Positions 1-12,435 of a stretch of 64,000 nt of DNA are shown piece by piece. The notes under the pieces were generated by a model. It saw only the letters and a list, made by a program, of their open reading frames with translations. It had not been told where the DNA came from and made no database searches. This DNA is from Mobula hypostoma (taxonomy: Eukaryota): the NCBI RefSeq assembly GCF_963921235.1, contig NC_086100.1, positions 49,352,001 to 49,416,000 of the forward strand. The letters are read 5' to 3'. Each line of letters starts with the position of its first letter. Within the stretch, counting starts at the first letter, position 1. The position numbers and the translations under genes were made by a program.

Positions 1-2404
1 GTTTCTATGATTAAAATCAAATCATGAATCAAAATACTGTAGATACTGGGAATCTGAAATAAAACTCAGATAAGTCAGGCGCAAGATTTGGAAATAAGCC
101 ACTACAGGTTGGTATGGCATGCCATTAAGAAAATGACAAATATTTCATACTATTTATAAAAACAGGCAGTACAATTAAATATTAACAGAACTAAGATGTT
201 GTATCCTTCAGTTTTAACATTTGATTTTTCTTTTCCTCTCCTCTGCTTTCATTCACCGCTTTATTTAAATCTATTCCAGACAAAAATACCCGCACTAACA
301 AGTCTTCATCACCTTTCCTCAGCCAGCATAACAGATTCATAACGTTATACAGCTTAAAAACAGGCCCTTCAACCAATTTGTCCATGCTAATCAAGATTCA
401 TATGTAAGCTTAGCCAAATGCTTCCTATCAAAGTATGTGTCTGAATGTTTATTTAAAACCTTACATTTATACCTACCTCTATCATCTCCTCTGGCAGCTG
501 CTCCAATCACATTGTGGAAAATTATAATTGATAATAAATAATATAAGAAGCAATATACCTGCAGACATTTAATTACCCTTCAGTCAAACATAAACCAATG
601 CTTACCTTACAAATCCACCACAGACAAGTACATACCCTGGGACATATACACCATTTAACACTATTTTGGTTTGAATATGAAAGTCGTTTTTCTTTAAAAA
701 CTCTATTCAGTGTGTTCTTTCTACAAAGAATTCACCTCAAACTCATTATTACTAAAATAGTTCCTTAACTATATTTGACTGACTCCTGTGTTATATCTCA
801 CGTATCAATTTAATTAACTTTTCTAGTTGTAAGTTACCAAGTGTACTTTGACAATATAGCATGTTTACACAGCTTTGCGTATGAGGCTCCTTCTCACCAA
901 TGATGGTACCGTGAAGCCATAGTTTATTAATTTGCAGGACCCCAGTGTTTTCAGCAGGTTTACATCTTACTTCTAACTTGCTCTATATCAGGTATTGCCT
1001 TAAGTTTTCCTATAGGCAGAATATTAGATTACAAAGAACAGAATACAAAGTTTTAAAATAGAACAGAGCCAGACCTGTATGACTCGGTCAAAGTAGCACT
1101 TTTTCTCTAACCTGAAGAATGTAGTGTTTTATCTTCCATGTTCAATGGAATGGTAGATCAATTAACAGAAAGTAAAACCACAAAACAATTATAATAAGTG
1201 TGAAAATGTAAAATTTTCTGTTAGAAATGATCAAATTTGTACAAAGACACGATGTATATAAACTCAAATAGCAATATAAAGTGCACAAGAGAAAAGAATT
1301 GAGTGTACACACCCAGCTACTAATCATCAGTTTTAAAGCACAATTTCCATCACATTTGACATTTGAAAAGCAGCAATCCACTCAAGCATTACAAGATCAT
1401 CTGACTTATTACCTTGAAATACAAAACAAGAAATTCTAATTATAATACTTAGAAACTGAAAACTAATACACTACCCTTTTCAGCCAAATGTGTTGATCAA
1501 AAATAGAGGAAAGAATCAGATTTGAGTCTAAATTCTTGTTTTACTAAATTTCTACTGGAATGTTGACCCAATATGCAAGTAATCTAAAAAAAAACACAAT
1601 CACAAAGTCTGGAAATCTGTAATTTAAAAAGTGTTATTAAAAGTATTTGGAAATATTGTTTATCATGTTTAGAGTGCTTCACCATCAAGAGTACTTGTGA
1701 ATGTCACTGGATATTGCACTGTACAGCCAGATCACACTTGCCCATTTCAGATATTTCAGAAGCAGCTGAAGATGGTGGGTTTAGAACACTGCCTGGAGAA
1801 ACTCCTGCAATATCACCACAGTGCTGAGAAGGAGTTCCAACGATCACATCCACGTTCCCTAATGCTAGATATGTTTCCGGTCAGTGGTAAACATTGCCCC
1901 TTGATTCACACTCCAGTCAAGTAGCCCCGGCAAAACCTAACTGGAACACCAGTAGCACTTAACTGGTAACTGCCACTTAGTGGTATTGTCAATAATAGTT
2001 TTCATCATTTTGCTCATCACTGCAATGGTGCACAGCTCCTCGTTGATCTTCGGTGTTGGTTTGCAAGCTCTGGCTTTAATACATGTCATTTAGCCCTGAT
2101 GGTACGACAGCATAACAGAATGGAGGTTGTTCCAAATGTGATGGCAGGGCTTTATCTGCAGATCAGCTATTCAATTCTGATTGCTATCAATTCTGTTATA
2201 GACCAATGAACTTGCTAGAAATTATATATTTGTGTTAGCTCTCCTGCCAGCTGCTACTGACAATGCTTGATTTAGGATTCATCCAACTTGGTCAGCAATG
2301 ATACTTCAAAGTAACTCTTGATGATACAAGTGATGGATATTGAAGTCCTCTGCATTGAGTCCAATTCATGACCTTGTTTCTCCCAACTAATTATTCCAAG
2401 CAGG

Positions 2405-3545
2405 CTCAGAATTAGGTTTATTATCACTGACATATGTCATGAAATTTGTTTTGCGATAGTAGTACAGTGCAAGACATAAAATTACTATAAGTTATCAAAA
2501 ATTAAATAAATAGTTTGAGAAAAAAATAACAGGGTAGTGTTCATGACTGTTTCAGAAATTTGATGACAGAGGGGAAAAAGTTGTTCCTAAAACATTGAGT
2601 GTGGGTCTTTAGGCTTCTATAGCTCCTCCCTGATGATAGTAATAAGGGGCATGTTCTGGATGTTGAGGGTCCTTAATGAAGAACATTGCTATTTTAAAGA
2701 TGTCCTTGGTGACAGACCAGAGCTGCGTCTGTGATGGAGATGGCTGAGTCTTCAATCTTCTGCAGCCACTTACGTGCAATTCTTTACATTGGAGCCTCCA
2801 AACCAAGCAGTGATACAACCAGTCAGAATGCTCTTCACTGTACATCTGTACAAATTTGCTAGTCTTTGGTGACATATCAGACCTCCTCAAACTTCTCATG
2901 AACTGTAACTGCTGGCATGCCTTCCTCACAACTGCAACAATGTGTTGGGCCCAGGGCAGATCTTCAGAGATGCTGACACCCAGGAACTTCAGGCTGCTCA
3001 CCCTTTCCAGTGCTGACCCCTCAACAAGGACCGATATGTGTTCTCCTGACCTCTCATTCCTGAAGTCCACAATCAGTTCCCTAGTCTTCCTAACACTCAG
3101 TGAGAAGTTATTGTTGCAACACCACTCAACCAGCTGATCTATAATCACTCCTGTAGGCCTCCTTCTTGCCCTTTGAGATTCTGCCAACAACAGTAGTGTG
3201 GCAAATTCATATACGACATTTGAGTTGTGCCTAACCACACAGTAGAGTGAACAGAGTAGTGGGCTAAGAACTGATCAATGAGGTGCAGCTGTGTAGATTG
3301 TCGGTGATGGGGAATGTTATTACTGCTCCACACTCACTGTGGTCTCTTGACAAAGAAGTCAAGGATACAGGGGGAGTACAAAGGCCCAAGTTTTGATGTT
3401 TGCTGAGGGGATGATGGTATTGAACATTGAATTGTAATTGATAAACAACAGCCTGACGTATGTTGTGCTGTTATCTAGGCACTCCAAAATCAAGTGGAGA
3501 GCCAATGAGGCTGCATCCATTGTAGAATCACAGTAGTACAAGGAA
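2405..3545 (-). mobile_element. Rex1/Babar-type LINE remnant (USP13 intron 1)
   Basis: [50 protein letters not shown]; disrupted frames. Confidence 0.85.
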
Positions 3546-4149
3546 TTATTATCTGGGGGCAGGGGAGGGAAGGAAGAGATAATGGAAGTCAGCTGGTTGC
3601 AAGGAGCAGAAGGTTTATGAACCCATTTGTCTAGATGTATTTAAGATGTCAAGGGCTTAGATTGTCAAGATCATTGGGTCCCAATTGTATACTGTCACGC
3701 TATCTCTAAAAGATTTCTCCTGCTAAGGGACAAGAGGTATCGACCTCTCCCAATTTAGGTCCATTCACCAGGAGAATTTAGCCATCGATTGTTCCCCGTG
3801 TTAGCTAGTTCCTTATTTCAATGTTATACTCCCCACAAATGGAAATATTGACTTCGTGTATGCAAATAATTAAAGAAAATTATGTCGATTGAAAAACATA
3901 TTTCTTTTTCCTGTTGGAAATAACGAGGAAGTTATTCAGTTAGTATTACAAGTCAAACGGTTCCGGATAGGATCTTAGACAGGGATGCGAAATCTTTCTT
4001 ATACTTAATCGCCACTTGATGGAGCACACAGGTTCCAGTTTCACTGGTAATATCGTGATCACATTACACCACAAATAAAATACTAGATAACAACCAAAAG
4101 TACCGCATTCAACGTTACTAATACATTGAAGCAAGTAATTGATAAAATT

Positions 4150-5100
4150 AATTCATTTCCGTTATCGTCCTAAACTGGTTGTTATGGTCAAATCTGTCCA
4201 TCGCTAACGAGAAAAAACGACACCCGAGCCTTAACTATCTGGATATAAATAACCTGTCCCGGCCACTGTTGATGAACGCCAAACAGCTGAATCACTTTTA
4301 CCACATTTTAACATTTATATCCTACAAAAATTAATTTAAAAACTGACAGTTTCCATGCCTCCCTTTTGAACTTGTACGACGAGTTAAAAGCTCGATGCTG
4401 TTTTCTGCTACAACTTTTCTTTTTAAAGCAATCGTTTAAAGATTTCGTTACCATCCACTTGCTTTTCCCTCTAATTTCCTCCCCTTTACTATCCAACTCC
4501 CTCCTCCCCATTTCTGTTTAAATTCTCTCCGTCCATTCAGAGCAAACAAATCCAAGTCCCTCTACATCACTCTGTAGTTCCGTTACCAGCTGCTGGCCCC
4601 GCCGCTCACTCACTAAACTTCTCTTCTTCTCCCAGGGTGGATTCGCCCAAAGGTGCAACAAGTTCGCCAACAGAGGGACATCAGTAGGGGCTGCAATTCA
4701 CGTGTCAATAAAGAACATTCCAGTCCGTCAGTCTAGGAAGCCTTACTTACTGGGGAGTCAAAGGAGAAGGCGCATTCGTTCTTGTAAACCCTGTCCCCTG
4801 ATCTAGGGACTCTGATAGTTGGCATGTACGGGACCAGCAGTTCTCCGATGTCTGCAGCCATGTTGACATTCCTAACCCAGAATGCTGTTCAGGGCAGACA
4901 TTGATTATGAAGAGAACTGGACGAGCAGAGACAGCAGGACGATAAACTATTTTTAAACTAGTACCGCCCTCCCTCCTGCTATAGGAGCTGCTGACGTTCC
5001 TGTACTCGGAGTGGGGTGGGGGTTGGGGACGGGGTCTTACGTCCAGTGAATAAATTGAGTGAACTTTAACAGAGGATTCTTACGGTAACGAAGCTGAAAC
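4150..5100. promoter_or_regulatory. CpG-enriched USP13 promoter / exon 1 region
   Basis: Local rise in CpG and GC around the USP13 start compared with the AT-rich flanks; G-rich tract 5028-5055. Confidence 0.55.
4751..4861 (-). CDS. USP13: USP13 (ubiquitin-specific peptidase 13), first coding exon; the rest of the gene lies beyond the left edge
   Basis: Minus strand reads [37 protein letters not shown] (37 codons), matching the vertebrate USP13 N-terminus. Kozak AACATGG, in-frame upstream TGA, donor GTAAGT at 4750, expected synteny with NDUFB5. Not in the ORF track. Confidence 0.95.
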
Positions 5101-5409
5101 GCTTACACTTTTTTATCCCTCTTTCTACAGATGCTGCCTGACTTGCTGAGTGTTTCCAGCACTTTGTTTTATTTTTATGGTTTTGTACAGTGGCTAAACT
5201 GCACAAGTCTAAGTACCAACAATAACAAGTCTTTAACAGACTTTCTTTGTGTCGTGTCCACGAGTTTATAGTAGAAAAACAATTGAGCTATGCACACATT
5301 CATTACTGAAGGCGGTAAAAGAGACTTCAACCTAAAGTATTTTACTCTGTTTCAGTTTCCTCAGGTGCTGAATCATCTGCTGATTATTCCCAACATCGTG
5401 ATTTTATCA

Positions 5410-5990
5410 GAATAGTTTATTAATCACATGTACATCAAAACACAGTGAAATGTATCACTTGCAGAAACATTCAACACAATGGGAGGATGTGCTGGGGGCA
5501 GCCCACAAGCGTCTTCACATATTCCAATGCCAACAGAGCATGCCCACAATGTTCAGTAGAACACACAACCAACATACAACAAGCACCAACAGCAAAACAA
5601 ACCCCTCTCCCACCCAACACACCTCTGATCCTAGGACAGGCCACCTCCAAGTCTCTGGGCTCCAGACCATGGCTCTGCAATTACAGGCATTGGTTCTTCA
5701 AACTCTGCACTTGCTGACCCAGAGGCTTTGACCTCTGTGCTTTGACTGCCAGAATCACCAGCAAGCCTGGGACTTACTGATCATGGGTCTCCAGCCCCAG
5801 GACTTGCCAGCCTCAGGGATCACCAGCACCTGTTTTTGGGACATGCAGATGTTGGACCTTGAACCTACATCCTCAGGGTTCACTGGCCTCTGACCTTAGA
5901 GCGTTCCAACCTGAACCCTGCATTTACGGCTCCTGACCTCTCACTCACCTCATCCCTTTCTTTACCCCTAATCTAACACAAATAATACAG
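5410..5990. repeat. unclassified interspersed repeat with degenerate short internal repeats
   Basis: LINE-like tail at 5410. The segment GGATGTGCTGGGGGCAGCCC has a degraded inverted counterpart near 28570-28600. Confidence 0.45.
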
Positions 5991-7679
5991 AGGGGAAAAT
6001 GTGACCACACAACAGGCAACCAGAAATATTCTTAAATAATATTATTGCGTAATCACAGAAGCAGTTGCTAAATACCCTGTATATGAAAATTAATTTAATT
6101 GAACTTCATAACAATTACGAAAAAGAGTGATCAAGGTCCACCCAGAACAGTATCTAAAAAGACAGAATACAGTATTAATTATATTCTGCAGGAAAACATT
6201 TGAACGGAATGCAAAAGATAAGTAAATATTATTCAGCTTGAAGGGAATGGAAATGCAAGTAAACATGAAACAGGTGTCAGCAGTTGGAATGAATTGTTCA
6301 CAGACCAAATCTAAAGAATCGATATAGTCATTGAATCAGAATGGTAGGAAATACATTATTTTATATTCACAGTGTACTTGGATAAAAGTTGGAAGTGAAA
6401 ATCAAGATGAAAAATATTGTCACTGAGTTATAAACAATCTAAGGTAGTTGACGAGGTGTGAATGGTCCACAATAAATTGAGATATTGCATTAATACATTA
6501 ATTCCATACCATTCACTATGAAGTGAAGCTACCAGATAGAATGAATATCCATTATATATTGAACTAAAATTCAATTATTAGCTTACAGAATACCAAATTA
6601 AGATCATAAATTAAATCGACAAGTCATTAAAAAGGATTTGCCTAGTGTTAAACGTGTTAAAATGAAGGTGGAATTTCAAAGGAAAATTTGGCGTTCAAGA
6701 TTCTTAATGGTACAGGTCGAACACCCAAGGAAATGGCTTTCAACCTATATTGCAGTAGTCCTATCTTGAATTAAGGTCCTAGCCTCCTTTAAGTAGATTT
6801 TCATCCCCACTTCTAGGTTTGTGACAGAAGAAAGGTTACTGATGAAGCACCTGAGCCTGACTAAGCCTCAAGGAATTCCTACAATAATTCTCCGGGGCTG
6901 AGACGGTCCATGTTCTGGGATGCTTTTGCTGAAAGGAAATTCAACTTTGCAATTCCTTATGATCATAGTGGAAGAAGTGAAAGGAAAGTTAACCCGGACA
7001 CCTTCTGATGTCTAATTCTACAGAATTAATTAATTAATTAATTAGGTGGACAATTTCACCTGCTTGGTCTCCCGGGAAATTCTGCACAGACAGGAAAGTA
7101 GTGGAGAGACTGGATGCCACTACTTTGTCCCTGGTGTCCAAGCTGGTTAAGCAACAAAGCATGTTCAAATATTCTCACCAACAGCAAATCACAACCTTCT
7201 GCAAATAGTTTAAACATTTTACAGAATGTGAAACAAATACTGGCACTTACACAATAATCTGAGGCAAAAGTTGTTCTCAAAAAAACAAGTATATTTATAT
7301 TCTGGGGAATATTTATATAAGGAGATTGCAACCTACATATATACATAAAACCAGTTTGCAGAGAGTTTGCTAACCAGTAATTATACTTTACCTCATCATT
7401 AAAAACTCGCTTACACCTTACCCAACAAAGCAGAATATTTTCAGGGTATATTTATAGTTTATTTTGTTTGATTATGGTGGCAAAGTGCACAAAATTGTGC
7501 AGTCTTTAAGATGTGCTTAATCACTGACAGCAACACAAGATAGCCACATTATCATGCAGAAAGTTGTTGCAAGACTCCTAGTGGAATGACATCTTCTGCT
7601 AATACTTTCAGCTACAATCAGAAAATTCAGGCTACCTGGATGACCACAAGCCTGATCAAAGTGTTTAGTTTTATGGTTA

Positions 7680-9305
7680 GTCTAAGCTTGAGCATGTAGA
7701 TATTAAGGAAGAGGATGTGCTGGAGCTTTTGGAAAGCATCAAGTTGGATAAGTCACCGGGACTGGACGGGATGTACGCCAGGCTACTGCAGGAAGTGAGG
7801 GAGGAGATTGCTGAGCCTCTGGTGATGATCTTTGCATCATCAATGAGAACGGGAGGGGTTCTGGAGGATTGGAGGGTTGCGGATGTTGTTCCCTTATTCA
7901 AGAAAGGGAGTAGGGATAGCCCAGGAAATTATAGACCAGTGAGTCTTACTCCAGTGGTTGGTAAGTTGATAGAGAAGATCCTGAGAGGCAGGATTTATGA
8001 CCATTTGGAGAGGCATAATATGATTAGGAATAGTCAGCATGGCTTTGTCAAAGACAGGTCATGCCTTACGAGCTTGATTGAATTTTTTGAGGATGTGACT
8101 AAACACATTGATGAAGGTAGAGCTGTAAATGTAGTGTATATGGATTTCAGCAAGGCATTTGATAAGGTTACCCCATGCAGGGCTAATTGAGAAAGTAAGG
8201 AGGCATGGGATCTAAGGGGACATTGCCTTCCGGATCCAGAACTGGCTTGCCCACAGAAGGCAAAGAGTGGTTGTAGACAGGTCGTATTCTGCATGGAGGT
8301 CGGTGACCAATGGTGTGCCTCAGGGATCTGTTCTGGGACCCCTACTCTTTGTGACTTTTATATATGACTTGGATGAGGAAGTGGAGGGATGGGTTAGTAA
8401 ATTTGCTGATGACACAAAGGTTGGGGGTGTTGTGGATAGTGTGGAGGGCTGTCAGAGGTTACAGCGGGACGTTGATAGGATGCAAAACTGGGCTGAGAAG
8501 TGGCAGATGGAGTTCAACCCAGATAAGTGTGAGATGGTTCATTTTGGTAGGTCAAATATAATGGCAGAATATAGTTTTAATGGTAAGGCTCTTGGCAGCG
8601 TGGAGGATCAAAGGGATCTTGGGGTCCAAGTCCATAGGACATTCAAGGCTGCTACGCAGGTTGACTCTGTTGTTAAGAAGGCATACGGTGCACTGGCCTT
8701 CATCAATCGTGGGATTGAGTTTAAGAGCCAAGAGGTACTTTTGCAGCTTTATTGGACCCTGGGTCAGACCCCACTTGGAATTCTGGTCACCTCACTACAG
8801 GAAGGACGTGGAAACCATAGAAAGAGTGCAGAGGAGATTTACAAGGATGTTGCCTGGACTGGGAAGCATGCCTTATGAGAATAGGTTGAGTGAACTCAGC
8901 CTTTTCTCTTTGGACTGACGGAGGATGAGAGGTGACCTGACGTAGGTGTACAAGATAATGAGAGTCATTGATCGTGTGGATAGTCAGGGGCTTTTTCCCA
9001 GGGCTGAAATGGCTAGCACAAGAGAGCACAGTTTTAAGGTGTTTGGAAGTAGGTTCAGAGGAGATGTCTGGGATAAAGTATCTTTTCCCCACAGAGTGGT
9101 GAGTGCGTGGAATGGGCTGCTGGTGGCAGCGGTGGAGGCAGAAACAATAAGGTCTTTTAAGAGATTCCTGGATGGTTACATGGAGCTTAGAAAGATAGGG
9201 GGCTATGGGTAAGCCTCGGTAGTTCTAAGGGAAGGACATGTTCGGCACATGTTCAGCACAGCTTTGTGGGCCGAAGGGCCTGTATTGTACTGTAGGTTTT
9301 CTTTT
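7680..9305 (+). mobile_element. CR1 LINE, 5'-truncated
   Basis: KSPGLDG, GNYRPVSLT, YMDFSKAFD, GVPQGSVLGP, KFADDTK; 3' UTR GGGCCGAAGGGCCTGTA; stops and frameshifts; same family as 37247-41246. Confidence 0.93.
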
Positions 9306-11543
9306 TTTGTAAGTGAGAGATATTTAAGGAGGAACTCCGGCGCCTTGACTGCAAGAAGCTGAAAGCATGGTCACGGATGTGGAATGATCAATGTTAAGAA
9401 TACATAAAAGTCCAGAACTGAAGGAGTGTAGAAATCTTGGAGAAATACAGCTGGATCAAAGGCATAGGTAGGAGAAAGGAGGAAGGAAGGAAGGTATGCC
9501 TGTGTGTAAATGCACTTTTGCATACGGCAATAAATGACTTTGAAATTCTTGAAGGGAATTAAAAACAAAGTATTTTAAAATAAGGGATTCTTAGTTCTAT
9601 GTTCATCACTGGACTCTGGCTTTTTTGTTCTTCTGGTGCTGAACTACTCAATCATGTGTGTTAGGGAATACTGAGATGACGGTTAAACAGAACTTGATGT
9701 GAATTAGAACACAGGCAGCAAAGATTAGAATATTCTCAAAGTGGAGGATGGAAAGGAGAACATTGAAATTATGTGCAGTAATTAGGTTGGTCTTAGATTA
9801 GATGTAAACCTAAGTTTACAGATGGTCTTCAACTTTAAGCAAAAGCCTGGAACGAATAAAGTCAGCGAATAAAGTTTCTAGCAAGCCATTAGAGACAATC
9901 CTTTCAATATTCAGCTGAAAGAATGTTATGTCTTTATGTTACTGGTTTTTGTTCAAGGAATATTACAGGAGGAGTGGTGCGAAGCATCTTAGTGTCATTG
10001 GTATGCATGTGAAACCTCATGGGTTGGAATTTTCCTACCTGCAATGCACAGCATGCAATTAAAACTGTGATACAGTTGTTAGTTAGGTTCAGATACTACT
10101 TACTGATAATTTACAGTGTTTTGCTATGGAAACATATACCATTATGTAACATAAAGAGTTGGCTAATAACATGTTCTGGACGTTAAGAAGGCAGGTTAGT
10201 TGTTCGGCAAGCTGATCTTATTCTCAAAGTTACTATAGGTATGTTTCATCCAATAATGACTCAGTAGGTCACTCAGCTCATTAGATTCCCATGACACCTC
10301 CTAAAGGCGCAATTCCACTCCTTTCATAACCCTGCATCTTATTTTCCTGTATGCCTACGAATTATTCTCTTGCACAAGTGCCCATTCACTCTGATATTGT
10401 TTGACATAGTGGAGGATAAGAAGCATCAGCTGTCATTTCGAACAGTGGACAGTAAATCATTGGAAACTGTATCAATTACAAAATTCCAGAACAATAGATG
10501 CATAAGCAAAATTAAGATCGCAAAGTAGCAATTCTGTTTACTTCATCTTGAACAGTACATAGGGAGGTCATTATCAGCTGTTATTTTTGTAAATCACTGC
10601 TCTGAAAGGATTATTTTGCCCTGCAGCCTATAGTGAAGTCTAGTGCGACTCAACAGAGTCAAACACTGAGCAATCTGATATCAAGTTTTGTTTTAAAAAA
10701 TGATTTCATTATTGCTTCAATCTAAGGTAAAGAGACCAAAATGGGGGGGAAAAAATCATAACCTGATGACAATTGAATATTTTCAATAAAACATTTTCTA
10801 CAAAAAGAGTACACATTTTGAATAAATAAAACTGGCAAATTCTATTAGTAAGTTTGCAAACAATAGCTATAAAGAGTTTCCTCTTTAAATATCTGCGAAT
10901 TAAGAATATTTAGATGAACAAAATTACCTCCAAGAACATATAATATTAAGTGTTGACATTTTGACAATATTGTTCATCTATACATAAATGCATTAACAGA
11001 ATAATCCTAAAAACTTCCTTACTTCTTGCAAACTAAAATGCAGATAAAGGTCTTCAAGACTAAATGTGAAATGGATAAGAACATTCCACTTTTAGGACAA
11101 TCTAGAAGCACGGTTTGTTGGTTTATAAATACATTTCTTCATGGCTCAGTATTTAACGTCACAAGACATACTGAGCAAAGGCTGCATTTCCCTACACAGA
11201 GGGAGAAATATCTAGACAGCATTAATTGGAGCAGTCCTCAGATGCTGGTTATTAAATTACACTGGCAATGTGGAGGTCGCCAGTAGATATTCACTTTTAA
11301 ATGGCCAGGCAGCCTCTGTGAAGAAGGAGACAGAGGTGGTGTCCGGGGTAATGGCTGCTCGGTACATAGGATCATCTTGAAGCAATGTATTGGAATTCCC
11401 TGGCAGCGGGTACCCACCTGCTAATGTTACCCTTTCAAAGAATCTATCCTGTTGATTAGTCGCAGCCCAACTCCGAGAAACTGCTGTGAAGCTCGGCATT
11501 TTAGATCTTGATTGCAGACCTGTTTGGAAGGGTAGCTCAATTT

Positions 11544-11695
11544 ACACACAAAATGCTGGAGGTCCTGCTGAAGGGTCTCAGCCTGAAACGTCGACTGTAC
11601 TCTTTTCCATAGGTGCTGCCTAGCCTGCTGAGTTCTTCCAGCATTTTGTGGGCATTGCCTAGATTTCCAGCATCTGCAGATTTTCTCTCGTTTGT
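11544..11695 (+). mobile_element. older short Penelope 3'-end insertion with a small inverted arm
   Basis: ACACACAAAATGCTGGAGG is inverted relative to TTCCAGCATTTTGTG; degenerate core CTGCTGA...GAAACGTC; tail present; ATTTACACA repeated at 11540 and 11701. Confidence 0.7.
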
Positions 11696-12435
11696 GGTCC
11701 ATTTACACAGTTGCTCTTGTTGATTTGTCATAGCCCAGCTCGTTACCACTGACAAATATCACGAATTGTTTTCTTTTGCAGCAGCAGTACATACAGCCGG
11801 TATGTACAGACCACGTGAGATCCTCAGTGATGTACATGCTGAGGAATTTAAAGCTGTTCACCCCCTCAACCCCAGATGTCAATAATGGTTAGCCTGTCTC
11901 CATTCCTCCTGTAGTCCACAATCAGCTCCTTTGTTTCTGGAGTGTCTACTTAATTGGGCCAAAATATATTGATCCCGATGTGTCCCAGTTAACCAGAATG
12001 CACTGTATTTTGTTTCTATTTCAGGCTCCCAACACCTGCAGTACTTAACAGACCTAGAGCAGATTTAAAAACTGGTTGGTAGATCAGTTTTCAAAATAAG
12101 TTGGTACTAAATAATAAAGATGTGAACTATTTCAGATTATTCCTTTGAAGATGGTTCTATGTTGAGTTTTTTCTAATAGTATTCTATCCCTTTGACAAAG
12201 GCATCTGCTTATTAAAGTAACAGGGAGATCATTTAAACAAAATTTGTTATTGTGTGTTTAAAAAAGATTTTCCAATCCCAAGAATATTCAGATAATGATT
12301 AATATGATCTGGGGCTCCAGTATGATTCTTCAAATAACTGAACTGATCTAAACTTTATCCAGGTGTCAATCGGGTCAAATCAACTGAAAAATTCCAGAAC
12401 CCATTGATAATTTACTAAAAATTAAAAATCAAAAT

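Noticed and set aside
606-720. Possible USP13 exon 2 (minus-strand TTCTTTGTAG acceptor, GTAAGGTAAG donor)
   Set aside because: No frame resembles the expected USP13 continuation (about SEGGLYVCMNTF); at most a cryptic exon.
7024-7044. (AATT)n run as a piggyBac footprint
   Set aside because: Simple microsatellite with no associated TIRs.
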